Assembly (NCBI GenBank): GCA_001724245.1 | Contig: MEDX01000026.1 | Coordinates: forward strand, 1 to 41,904 | DNA: 41,904 nucleotides | Direction of reading: 5' to 3' | DNA from: Fonticula-like sp. SCN 57-25 | Lineage: Eukaryota | Part shown: in pieces, positions 1 to 13,591 of the stretch | Layout: each line of letters starts with the position of its first letter | Numbering within the stretch: the stretch's first letter is position 1 | Notes under the pieces: generated by a model | The model's database searches: none | Told to the model about the DNA's origin: nothing | What the model saw: only the letters and a program-made list of their open reading frames with translations | Made by a program: the position numbers and the translations under genes

Positions 1-258
1 AACCGGCCACGACGTCATGTTGCTCCGGTGCGGCAGCAGCACCGTCGTCGACAGGTGCACGCCGTCGCGCATCGGGACCATAAAGTGGTGCGTCTCGCCG
101 TCATAGTGCGAGCGAAGGATCTCGGTCCCGGACACCCACTCGGCGGGGATGCTCGGCCACGCGTTGTACTGGTTCGACTGCCCAAACGGCAGGGCCTCCG
201 AGTGCAGCGCCAGCAGCAGGCAGGCCAGCGCGCACCAGGCCATCCGCATTTCCATCAT
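1..258 (-). CDS. CocE/NonD-family (peptidase S15-like) secreted hydrolase, 5' part only; runs off the window start
   Basis: Not in the ORF track. Manual translation from ATG 258: MMEMRMAWCALACLLLALHSEALPF...HFMVPMRDGVHLSTTVLLPHRSNMTSWPV. It has a signal peptide and the VPMRDGVxL motif that opens CocE/NonD hydrolases. Confidence 0.75.
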   Translation of the reverse strand, partial: MMEMRMAWCALACLLLALHSEALPFGQSNQYNAWPSIPAEWVSGTEILRSHYDGETHHFMVPMRDGVHLSTTVLLPHRSNMTSWPV

Positions 259-668
259 GACACCTGCCAATGCAGGCGGCCGCGTCGAGCGTTTGGTTCT
301 GACAAGGGCGGTGATTGGATGATTTTACAAGGATGATTGGGTCGGTTGGGGTTGCCTTGTTGCATTCAACTGTCACCATCACTCCTCCATCAGGCACCAT
401 TGTCATGCAGATCCGAGATCTCTACGTTCGGAATCTCGCTGTATCACATACTGCACAGACTGTCGTTCACTTTCACGAGCAAACCGCCCAACTGGTAGTA
501 AATCAGCATACTGTATTTTGTCTTCCTTTATCCATGTGGCAGTGTGTTCATGTCAATTATTATCTCTCTAATCCGTTTATATTCCAATCTCAGAACCGAG
601 CAAAAAAGAAATGAAAAGCGACCAACAACAAAAAAACCGAACAACACCTCATTTTCTCGTCTCATTCT

Positions 669-3338
669 TCACCCCTTGAGCTTTTCGTCCATGTACGCAA
701 AGATATCGTCAACCCCGCTGACGATCTGCCTGACCACGTCCGGCGTCTGCGGCACGGCCGACCCAACTCCCCCCGACGACGGCATCTGCGCGTCATCCGC
801 CGTCGCTTCAGCCGAAAACGACGCCGTCTCGACGCGCACCGGCGGCCTCTGCTGCTGCAGCGTGGGCGTCGCCGGCGACACCTTGCGCCGCGGCTTCACT
901 TCCTCCTCGTCGTCCACATCAAAGGCGCTCATCGCGTCCTCGTCGGCGCCGGCGCCGTTCGAGTCGACCGCCGCAACGGCAGCGGCCGCGGCGGCAACCG
1001 CGGCGGGCGAGGCCGAGCCCAGCGACGACACTTGCGAGACGCGCTCGCTCGCCGTCAACGGGATCGACACAAACTGCGCGGGGCGCGCGACAAGCTCGAC
1101 CACCGCAGGCGCAGGCGTCGTGGGCGACGAAGCAGCAGGCTCGGTCACAGGCGCAGAAACAGGGGCAGACACAGGCTCTGGCGTAGGCTCGGGCGCCGGT
1201 GCAGCGGGCTCGGATGCCGCCACGGCCGCCGCCACCGCAGCAGCAGCGGCGGGAGGGATTGCAGCCGAGGCCGGACGACCGAAAAAGGCGGGCTGCGCGT
1301 TGAGCGGCGGCAGCTTGACGGCGGGCTTGGGCGCGAGGGCCGCCGCGGGCAGCGGCGGGAGAACAATCTTTGTCCCATCGACAGTCTGACGAACAGCAGC
1401 CTCTGATGCAGGCGCAGGCACGGCAGCAGGAGCAGCCACAACGGCAGGCGCAGCCACAACGGCAGGGGCAGCCACAACAGCAGGAGCAGCTACAACTGCA
1501 GGGGCAGCAACAGGCTCAGGCTCAGCCGCAGGCTTTGCTTCAACTTCGGGCTCTGCAGCGGCGGCGGCGGCAAAGGGCGTCTGAACAACAACATCATCAT
1601 CCTTTGGCTCCTCCTTCTTGTCCTCTTCCTTTTCATGTTCCTCTTCCTTCTTGTCTTCCTGCGCCGGCTCGGTGACGACGAGCGCCGCCAAGGCAGCCGA
1701 CAGCCTCTTTGACGACGCCGTGGACACAAGCGACGGGAGCTCGACGTGGCCGTCGGCGTCAGCGCCGCGCTCGCCAGCGGCCTTTTCCTTACCCGCTTCC
1801 TCTGCTCCTTCTTCCTCCTCATCGTCATCGTCGTCGTCGTCCAGCGGCACGACATAATTTTGCTTAAAGTCGCCCGTCTTGCCCGTCCCGACGACCGTCC
1901 CGCGCCACCACCCGCTGTCGTTCTGCTCAATCACGTCGATCAGGTCGCCCACCGCAAACGTCAGCACGGACGGGTCATAGGCCGAACCGGACGACTGGAT
2001 GATGGCGCGGACGCGCGCAAGCACCGCTGGAGCATCCTGCGGCACCTGCGTCTGCTGCTGAGGCGCCACCTGAGCGGCCTCCTGCTGCTGCTGCTCGTGC
2101 TGAACAGCGGCGGGGGCCGCCTGCACGCTCGTGGGGCTCATGGGCACGGCGTGCGCCGCGTCGGGCGCCGCCGCCGGAGCGGTGACCGAGAGCGGCCGCG
2201 GCGCCGACTTGCTTCCGTTCGAGCTGAGCGACTCTGCCGAGGCGGATGCGGCGGCGGCAGCGGCGGCCATCGAGTGCGAATCGAGCGCGTCGACGCTGCC
2301 GACGGGCTTGTGCGGCGCAATCTGCGCCTCGAACGGGCGCAGGGCAGCGGCGCGCTCTGTAGGCGGCACGCTCTCGCAGGCCGTGAGCATCTGAAAGATG
2401 ACGTTTGTGGCGCCCTGCTTTGTAAAGGCGACAAACAGCTCAATGGGCGTCTGCTGGAGGTCGTTGACGACGCGCGCGTCGGCGCCAAGCTGCAGGAGCG
2501 CGAGCACGACGCTGCGCTTGTTGAACTGGACGGCCTCGTGGAGCGCCGACGCACCGTCAAAGTTCATGCAGTTGACGTCGACGAGGCCTGTGCCGACGAG
2601 GAAGCGCACAATGTCGGCGTAGCCGTTGCGCGCGGCAAGGTGCAGCGGGGAGCTCATGGGGCGGTAGCCGGGCTTGTAGATCTGCGAAAGAACGTCCGTC
2701 GTCGCGAGCGCCTGCGCCTGCTCAGTACCGCCAAAGCGAGCCGCAAGATCGAGCGGGGTCTCATTCGACTTGTTGCGGATCTGCGGGTTGGCGCCCTGCT
2801 GGAGAAGAACGCGCGTCACGGCGCCGCTCTTGCCGACCTGGGCGGCAAAGTGAAGCGGCGTCGCGCCCTCATTGTTCAGCTCATTCACATGGAGACCCTT
2901 GTCAAGGAGCGTCTTGCAGGCGTCAGCGTGATCGCCCCACGCCGCGAGATGCAGCGCAGAGTTGCCCGCGGAATCCTTGGCCTGCGCATCGGCGCCGAGC
3001 TCAATGCAAAGCGTAATGTAGGAATCGTGGCCATTGAGGGCAGCCACGTGAAGAACAGTGTAGCCGTTCTCGTTCACCGAGTTGATGTCAACGGAGCCCT
3101 TCATCAGATTCGACACCGAGTCAGTCGCCTTTTTCAGAAAGGCCTTGCTGCCGCCCGAGCTGGCAGGAGAAGACGCCGTCGAGCCGCGACGAGGCGCCAG
3201 CTGAGCCAGAGCCTCCACATTGCCGGACGCAGCGCTCTTGAAGAGCTCTTCCACCTTGCCGCCGCGCTATTCAGAAGAGAGCGTGAGTACTAACCGGCAT
3301 GCCGCGATGCAGTGGCGTACCTGACGAAGCTTGTCCAT
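669..3338 (-). CDS. Ankyrin-repeat + SH3 scaffold, Caskin/ANKS1-like
   Basis: Exon 1 MDKLRQ (3338-3321), intron 3320-3267 (GTACGC..TAG). Then ankyrin repeats (GYTVLHVAALNGH, SALHLAAWGDH, TPLHFAAQ, TPLDLAARFG, SPLHLAARNGY), an SH3 domain (VRAII..YDPSVLTFAVGDLIDVIEQNDSGWWRG), a long acidic/Ala-Pro region and a terminal helix. Confidence 0.85.
1424..1512. repeat. 18-bp coding tandem repeat (AAPAVV, about 5 copies)
   Basis: Units like gcagg(a/c/g)gcagccacaac repeat in tandem and encode APAVVAAPAVVAAPAVV on the minus strand. Confidence 0.85.
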
Positions 3339-3722
3339 TGTTGACCGACGACCAAAAGCGCGCTTTTAACGCCTAAAAAAATGCTCACTAAAAAAAAAGA
3401 TTACCCAGCGACAAACGCCAGTCCTATTCACCCACACGCCTTCGTACGAAGGCGCGCCTCCCTTTCAGTCGCGCTCAAGAGGGCGAGTCACTGGTGCACC
3501 GCGCGATGGGCCACGCCACTGCTTGGGGAGCAAAAGCGAAAACCAAACAAAAATACGCTTTCACCCAAGCTGTCCAATCAGATGTCACAGAGGGCAGGAA
3601 TCAAGGGCAGAGTATCTATTTAAAGACAATCTAGACTCAAAAAGGCAATTGATGACAGTGCCTTCCGCTTTAGGACAAGTTTGACAGGCGCGAGGCAGAC
3701 ACTCCGCAGACACCTGCAGAGC

Positions 3723-5603
3723 ATGGCGGGCCGTGGTAATCCGCGCTATCAGGGCGCGACGGCGGTTCTTTCGAACGATTGTTATATCGAAGGTGCGTTA
3801 CCTCATTGTTGAGAATACTTGTGCGTTAACGGAAAACATGTTGCAGCCGTGCATTCCGATCTAGGTCGCCTTGCAGCTGATTCCTACCTTGTTAATGTTG
3901 GCGAGGGGATCATCAACAGCGGCCGTGTGTACGACATGCTCTGCACGAACGAGCCCCAAGTCGCGGCGGCCGCAGAGCAGGTTGCTGCTTCTCTGCAAGG
4001 TGCGGCCGCCGCTCCCGGCTCGGTGCACGCGTCCGATCTTCCATCGCCCAACAATCTCTCCAATGCCCGAGCAGTCCTCTTTGGCGTTGCTCCCGGCTAC
4101 CGCCTTGGCCAGGCCACTGCGCACAACCTCCTTCGCGGCCTCATCCAGGCGAGTCTACTCAGCGCGTCTCAAAAGGGCGCGTCGTCGATTGCGATGCCCG
4201 TCATGTCCGCTGATTTGCAAGGCTTCCCCTTTGCGGACGCGTTCGACATTATCGCCGAGGAGGCGCTCGCCTTTCTTCAAAACAACGCGCAACAGACGCT
4301 CCGCTCCGTGAGCATTGTTTCCATCAACCCTCAAAAGATTTCCATCATGAAGGCGCGTCTCCGCATGCTGAGCGCGCGCATGTCCCTGCCTGCGCTCGTC
4401 GACACTCAGCCGGCCGCCTTCTTTGCGACCGTCCGCAACGCGACCGCTGCCTTTGGGCAGGGCGGCCTCGCGGCCATGCGCGGCGATGAACTTGCCGCAC
4501 TCCTTCTCAACCGCGGCGCCAACGTGCCGCTGGCGCGCTTCCCGTCGGGCGCCGAGCTCGCCGCCGCCACCTGTGGCTCGCTCGCGAGGTCGCTCGGCAC
4601 GTCGCCGTCGGACTCGTCATACATCCTGCTCCAGGCGTACCTCCTCGAGGCCATGGCGCGACTTTCCGCCGCAGAGCTCACGCGCACAAATGCAGCGCGC
4701 GCGGGCTTTTCCCCCACACATCTCGGCGTGCTCGGCTGGGTCGCCGACGACGCCGAAAAGTGGCTCACCGCGCGCCGGTGGGCGTCCCGCAGCCCTGCCC
4801 TCTACAACGTCGTAAAGGGCACGCGTGGTAGCTACCTCGCGTCCGTGACGGCCGCCGACCTCGCCGCTGCGGGCGTCGACGAGGCCACCGCGGCGGCCTT
4901 TATCGGCGAGGTGAGGGCCGAGGTCGCCGCGACGCTCAGGGCCAGTGGCGTTTCCGACACCATCGAAGGCATTGACGGATGGAGCGCGGCGTACGCAATG
5001 AACGACGAGCGCCGCGCGGCAGTCCCCGCTCCCGCCGCCGCCCCCGCCGCCGCTCCGGTCGCAGCGACGTACCCCGCCGTGACGCCCAACTTTCCCTCCG
5101 TGCCGACCCACTCTCCCTCGGTGACGCCCAACTTTCCCTCCGTGCCGACGCACTCGCCCGCTGCCGCCGCCCCAAAGAAAAAGATCCCCGGCGCGGTGGC
5201 GACGCCCTTTACAGCTCAACCAATGCCCGCGCAGCCGTCCGCTGCACCCACCCCCGTGTCTGCGCCTGCGCCTGCTCCCGCACCCACCCCTGCGGCTGCC
5301 CCCGAATCGGATGACTCGGCGTCGACGGTCGACTATGCCAAGCCCGAGCGGCAGACGACCGAGTGGCTGCGCCTTTCCAACCGCCTAAAGTGCCCGATGT
5401 CGCGCAAGTACATGACGGACCCGGTGACGACATCCGATGGCACGACGTTTGAGCGCGACGTCATTATGGAGTGGCTGGCGGAGAGCCTGACGTCGCCGGT
5501 GACGGGCGAGCCGCTCGCGTCGGCTGATTTGACGCCCAATGTCAAGATGGCAGGCGAGCTGGAGCTCTTTTACAAGGCGAATCCGACGCTTCGAGGTACG
5601 TAG
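3723..5603 (+). CDS. Macro-domain + SAM-like + U-box protein (putative E3 ubiquitin ligase)
   Basis: Exon 1 3723-3792, intron 3793-3846 (GTGCGT..CAG). Macro-like N-terminus (DLGRLAADSYLVN; SSIAMPVMSADLQGFP; LRSVSIV), SAM-like segment (WVADDAEKWL..GSYLASVTAADLAAAGV), and a clear U-box (CPMSRKYMTDPV..DGTTFERDVIMEWL..TSPVTGEPL..LTPN). Confidence 0.75.
5079..5159 (+). repeat. 42-bp coding tandem duplication (VTPNFPSVPTHSP x2)
   Basis: gtgacgcccaactttccctccgtgccgac occurs twice, 42 bp apart. Confidence 0.9.
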
Positions 5604-5860
5604 CGTGCGGCACGGCCATCTTTAGATTACGCCCTTTCTTTTTGCAACGATGACATTGCCTTTTCTTTTGTATTTCTTGTTCAATGTACCTCTTCGATTG
5701 TGCACATGGACAGTTGTCGGTTCGAAAACAGATGGCACTGCATTGGTGGGTCGACCGTGGCACACGGCAAACCATAAGCGAATAGCAAACCGACATAAAA
5801 AGATTACTTGGCGCTCCCTCTGCTTGCGGCGCCTCTCCTCTCGCTATCAAACCTGCTTGC

Positions 5861-6982
5861 CTAGTTGAACGACGGCCGCTCGCCCGTGTAGCGGTTGAAC
5901 GCAAAGTCGGCGCCGAGGAGGCCGTCGGCGACGCGGTAGTCCTCCTCACCTCCCTAGCACGAAAAGTAAGAACCAAAACAATGTCAAAACGTGCCACGTG
6001 GCGTACCTCGATGAGCCCCTCGCGCTCGTAGAGCGTCTGGCCGAGAATGCCGTGGGGCCTCTCTGGCTCGCCGACGAGGTTGACGAGGAGGTTGGAGTAG
6101 GCCGCGTGCCTGACGCCCTGCTCGACCTGGACCCTGACCTGCACGCTGTACGCGCCGTACTGCATCGACATGACAAACTTTCCGTCCCTCTGCTCGATGG
6201 CGACGGCGCCGAGCCCGCCGTCGATGGTGCGCTCGCCGGCAGTCATGAGCGTGCCGTTGATGATGATGCCAAAGTGCGGGTCAAAGATGAGCGACTGGTC
6301 GGCACCAAAGCGGAAGCCGATCTGGCCCATATAGGTGCCCTTGAGCTCAGAGAGAAGGATAAACTTGGCGTTGATCTGCAGGTAGCTGTCGCTCAGCACG
6401 TTGAAGACGCCGTCGGGCTCGCCCTCAAAGTAAAAGGTGACGCCGTCAAAGCCCTTAAAGTGCGGGTCCTGCTTGCCGGCGCCCTGGCGGATCTGGTAGC
6501 CCGACTGGACGTCGCGGCAAATCTTGCTGGCGGACTGCTCGCGGCACTGGTAAACGGGCGAGGCACCGCAGTCGCTGCGGGGGTGCGCGCCGCCCTCAAA
6601 CGGCGTGGCCGGGGTCGCGCTCAGGCAGGCGCTAAGAGACGAAAAGCAGCGGATCCCGTGATGGCAATCATTGTTGCGGATCGAAACAACTTCGCCGGTC
6701 GACACTTCGCGGCACTTTGGCGAGGACGAGGAGGCGCACTTGAAAAAGTGCGACGAGGAGGAGCACGAGGCGCGCGAGTCGGAGAGGGAGCCGCCGCTGC
6801 TGGATTCGCAGCTCGAGAGATCGGGGTAGCAGTGGACGCCGGAGCAATCGGCGCTGTCGGACTGCGCGTACGCAAGCGCAACGCACAGGGCAAGTACTGC
6901 GGGAATGAAAAAGTAGGGAAAAGTTAGAAAGGGTACAAAAATGGACGCGGCATCAAGGCGCACAGGCAAGCTGCTTCTTCAT
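5861..6982 (-). CDS. Secreted protein with two Cys-rich modules and a root-cap/LEA-type (VWD-like, xDPH) domain
   Basis: Spliced MKKQLALLALCVALAYA signal peptide (intron 6963-6897). Motifs QDPHFKGFDGVTFYFEG..FNVLSDSYLQINAKF and PHGILGQT. After a second intron (~6006-5954) it reads GGEEDYRVADGLLGADFAFNRY, ending at TAG 5863-5861. Confidence 0.75.
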
Positions 6983-7374
6983 GATGGTGATCAAGTGGAA
7001 GCAAAGGATGAAACAAGGCCGAGCGGCGAGGCGTTTTTATTCATGAGAGGGCCCCTGGCTGCGCGGCCCCTGAAGCACACATTCACGACAAATAAAAAAT
7101 GACGATGCCCGTGACAGGAAGCGAATAAGAAGAGCGCCCTGGCCTGAGCAGAGATGACGGCCACAAGGGGTGGTGGAATAAGGGGCAAAGGCATGCGCAA
7201 ACACGAAAGACCGAATTCTGTCGGCGATATTGCGGAAAAGGAGAAGCAAACATACATCCGACCCCGATTCAAGCTACGTTTGAACCCGCTTCCACGCCAT
7301 GCTCAGGATGCCAAGGGATCGACCGCCGCCGACGGCCCACAGTGTCATCCATGTCACGAAATGCCTTTTTCAGA

Positions 7375-7386
7375 TTTCGCGCCAAA
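7375..7386 (+). promoter_or_regulatory. E2F-type site TTTCGCGCCAAA upstream of DSN1
   Basis: Exact classic E2F element about 110 bp upstream of the ATG of a kinetochore gene. CCGTT-TTCAAA (Myb/CHR-like) lies at 7461-7471. Confidence 0.5.
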
Positions 7387-7493
7387 ATAAATGACCATAT
7401 ATAGCAATACTTTACCCATAAAAGGAAACATCCTCCATAAATGGTCAATGCAGCTTGAAGCCGTTTTCAAACACGGACGAACTCTGCGCCGGC

Positions 7494-8368
7494 ATGGAGA
7501 AGAGCAAAAAGACGGCGCGTCGGCAGAGCCGCGACCTCCGCGGCCAGCGGCACTCGCTGAGCTCCTCTGCGGCGGCCGCTTTCGCCCTGGACCCTTCCGT
7601 GGACGCCTCGCAGCTGTACAAGCTCGTTGGCGCCGATCTTCCCGAGAGCGATCGCCTTCGCCAGGTGATCCTCTGGTCGCTAGAGCGCCGCCGCGCGCGC
7701 GCCGCCTCGAGCAGCAGCGCGTCGTCGCCGCACTCTGCCGCGGTCGCCGCGACGCTCAGGGGCGTTATGGAGCGGCTCCGCGAGAAGCGTGTCCCCGTCA
7801 TTGTGAGCCCCGGGTCATTGTCGGTCGGGCGCGGCCCTGCCAAGCCCAATGAGCGTAACGTCGCGCTCGAGCGAAGCATCGCCGAGCTGGAGAAGCAGCA
7901 CGAGCGCGTGCTAAAGGAGAGCGAGACATGGGCGACGCTACGCGCGCGGTCGAGCGCGCTGTGCCAGACGGTCCAGGCGTCGCTCGATGTGCCGCCACCG
8001 TCGGCTGACGCGATCCCTGACTTTGTAACACCCGCTCATCGGCGCCTCATCGAGTCGGTGATGCCCAAGGGAACGGCTGCGTCCTCGGCGGACGGGCGCA
8101 AGAAGAATCAGAAGCAGCAGCAGCAGCAGCAAAAGCTGAGCATCGCGACACAGATCCACCAACTGGAGCATTTTGTGGACAATGCCATGCGGCTTCGCGA
8201 GGTGCGCTTTCCCTCTTTCATGCTTGTAAAGAGTAGTTTGCTAACACATTATTGTTTGAATAGGCCGTTGCGGCGTACCATGTGAGAATAGTCGACGAAG
8301 CAATGAAGGCGTCGTTCAGTTCAAATCCAAGCCGCGACAACATCAAGACACTCTTAAAATCACTCTAG
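7494..8368 (+). CDS. DSN1: Kinetochore MIS12-complex subunit Dsn1/Mis13
   Basis: Basic RRQS..RGQRHS motif, LYKLVGADLPESDRLRQVILWS, KPNERN followed by coiled coil ..E..W. Intron 8202-8263, last exon ..NIKTLLKSL*. Confidence 0.75.
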
Positions 8369-8631
8369 CTTTATTCTGCCTGTACAATATAACCCTTTTG
8401 ACTGTATCATACTGTATCATGAATACTGTAGTCATATTCGCGAAAGACAAGACAGGCATCCTTAGCCTCAGCCCTGTGACAACCATGTAGGCGTGCATGA
8501 CTCTCCAATAACAACCCTGCAGCAGCCCTGTAATCACACTCTTCTCTTCTCATCATCCTTGCTCCACACACTTTTCATAATGGTTATTTATTACCTATCA
8601 TGTACAAGCCTGCCACAGCCCTGTTCACTCT

Positions 8632-11006
<2,375 letters not shown>

Positions 11007-11481
11007 AATGCCACTCTAGTCACAAAAAGCAGGGCGGTTAAGCGGGGGGCTTCTAAAGGGAGGCGGAAGGGGGCCGACGTACGGGTGCCGCTGCAAGGGA
11101 TGCGGCCGCGGAGAGGAAAAAACGACAATGACGCACACATGCAAACTGGCGCCAGTTTGCACTATTGATATCGCAGGCGAGTCGCATGCAAACTGAGATG
11201 GTTTGCCGATCTAAGGTGGTTCGTGCTTGGCGACAGAGGGGCCGTCAAGATCACGCTCGAGCGAGATCGGAAAGATTCTGACGCATTGCGCTGTCGTGCA
11301 CGCGTCAGGAAAACACACAAACGTTGCCCGCGCGACCACGCAATCGTCACCGCTCCCTCTTCATCTCTCTTGGTTTCGGTGTTGCGCCTCTCCCTTGACG
11401 GGCTGGTTAGCCTAGTTTAAGCAGCGCAGGGATCGCGGAAAGGCCGCGTTCGTGTATTCTTTTTAGTTGTTTACTAGCGGC

Positions 11482-13346
11482 ATGCCTCCGAGGAAGCGCG
11501 TGCACGATGACGAGACGGGAGCCAATCCCGCTCCTGCAAAGGTCCGTTTCCCTTGCCGCTTTTTTGTGCGCGTGTGTACAGCGTTGCTCACGTCGAGTGC
11601 CTTAGACTCGCGCGCCGCGGACCAAGGCGGTAGTCCCGGCCCAGGCCTCATGCGATGACGACAAGGGGCACTATATACTTCAAATGGGCAAGGACATCAC
11701 CAGTCGATGTGCGTACATGGGGGCAAGGGATGTTGTTTCCAGTGTTGGTTTGTGTGTACAAGTTGATATTGGACGCTGTTTGTCGTGTGTGCACGCGGTT
11801 TAGCGGGACCATTGCGTGTTGAGTGATTGTTGATGCGCCGATGCTGACTGTTGTTGCTGTGTTTTGGTCACTTTGGTTGCCAATGTAAACATTTTTCGAC
11901 TATTTTTGCCCTTTTTTTCGTTAATTCCCTTTTAATTCGCTTGTACTGACCATTCCTCTCCCAGACGTCATGCTGCGCCCTCGCGGCGAAGGCACCTACG
12001 GCCGCGTCGTCGAGTGCTTTGATCGCACGCTCGCCAAGAATGTCGCCATCAAGATCATCCGCAACAGCCCGCAGTACCGCAAGGCCGCCATGTTTGAAAT
12101 CCAAGTTTTGCAGCGCCTCAAGAAGGAAGATCCCGCGCGGACATTCAACTGCGTGGTGATGCGCGAGTGGTTTGATCACTGCAACCACGTCTGCATGGTC
12201 TTTGACGTCCTGGACATGAGCCTGTTTGAGTTTCTAAAGGAGAATCATTATAGGCCGTTTCCCATGCGGCAGGTGAGGCACTTTGCGCGGCAGCTCGTCA
12301 AGGCAGTCGCATGTACGAAGCAGGAAAGAAAGGGAAAGAAAAGTGGAACGTAGAAGGGAAAGTGGAAATATGGATGACGTAGAGATGGATCATGTTCACG
12401 TGGATAACACTAGTTTTCTAATGATTATGTGGCAGTGTTGTGACAGTCTTGTGCTTTTATGTTCATGTGTCAGTATGCAGTGATCTTGCCTATGTGACCA
12501 GTGACATTTAGTATTGATATACACATTTTGATGTGAGACCAGTGACAGTGTTGTCCAACCACGCGACATTTTTCTCCTTTATTTCTCCGTTACTCACGTG
12601 ACTATAGTCCTTCACACGCTAAAGTTCATCCACACGGACCTCAAGCCGGAAAACATTCTCCTTATCGACTCTTCTTACCACTCTTCTTCCAACGCCGTAC
12701 GACCCCTTTTCCTTCTTCTATTTACTGACTCTATTTATAGGAGGGCGGCGGCGCGCGCACTCTTCTTGACACTTCCATTTGCCTCATCGACTTTGGCTCG
12801 TCCGTCTCTGCCTCTGAGCTGCACACCAATGTCGTCTGCACGCGCCACTACCGCGCCCCCGAGATCGTGCTCGGCCTTCCTTGGTCGTACCCCTGCGACA
12901 TGTGGAGCATCGGCTGCGTGCTTATGGAGCTCTTTTCCGGCGAGACGCTCTTCCAGACGCACGATAATGTCGAGCACCTCGCCATGATCGAGCGGCTCGT
13001 CGGCGGCATCCCGGCATCCATGCAGATCGGACACCGCGAAACGGAAACGCTGACACACCAATACGGTAATGGTGCAAGATTACCTGCGGTGGTGCCTGCT
13101 GGGGCTGCGCCGCGGGGCGAAGTGCTGTTTGGCGCGGACGGGCGCGTAAAGTACCCGGACAGCAAGGCGACGGCAAAAAGTGAAAAGCGCGTGCGGGGGA
13201 TGAGGCTACTTAACGAATACTTTGCGAATCCGGCGTGCCCAGAGGAGGCGATGCTGCGCGATCTGATGCAGAGGCTGCTCGTGTGCGAGCCCGAGAAGAG
13301 GATAGGCGCATTTGAGGCGCTCCAGCATCCGTTTATTAAGGAGTGA
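11482..13346 (+). CDS. CLK: CLK/LAMMER dual-specificity kinase
   Basis: Introns 11542-11605, 11709-11964, 12313-12607, 12697-12740. Motifs DDDKGHY, GEGTYG, VAIKI, HTDLKPEN, IDFGS, TRHYRAPE, WSYPCDMWS and EHLAMIER (LAMMER signature). Confidence 0.93.
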
Positions 13347-13591
13347 TGGGGGAAAGTTTTGTATCAGTGTGTAAGATTGCATCGCGATCGGCGGGATGTC
13401 GTCGGGTCGAGAGGGATAGAAAAGTGGCATCGCATTGTTGTTATCCATATGAATATATATTTTTGATATTAGGAATTGATATGGTAGCTGAACGCGATTA
13501 CAGCTGCTCAGTTGAAAGTCAATCAAAAGTCAGTGAACACAAACGATTCGAAAGTAAACTGTCACCATTCTCATCTGGTCACGTGATCGCG

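Noticed and set aside
1746-3293. 515-aa plus-strand ORF, and many similar long antisense/alternate-frame ORFs (e.g. 5998-6927, 22756-23682, 30604-31428, 38149-39123)
   Set aside because: Shadows of GC-rich real genes on the opposite strand; no recognisable motifs.
11970-12002. CLK glycine loop reads RPRGEGTYG rather than LGEGTFG
   Set aside because: A small substitution or local sequencing error; all catalytic motifs are intact, so not a pseudokinase.
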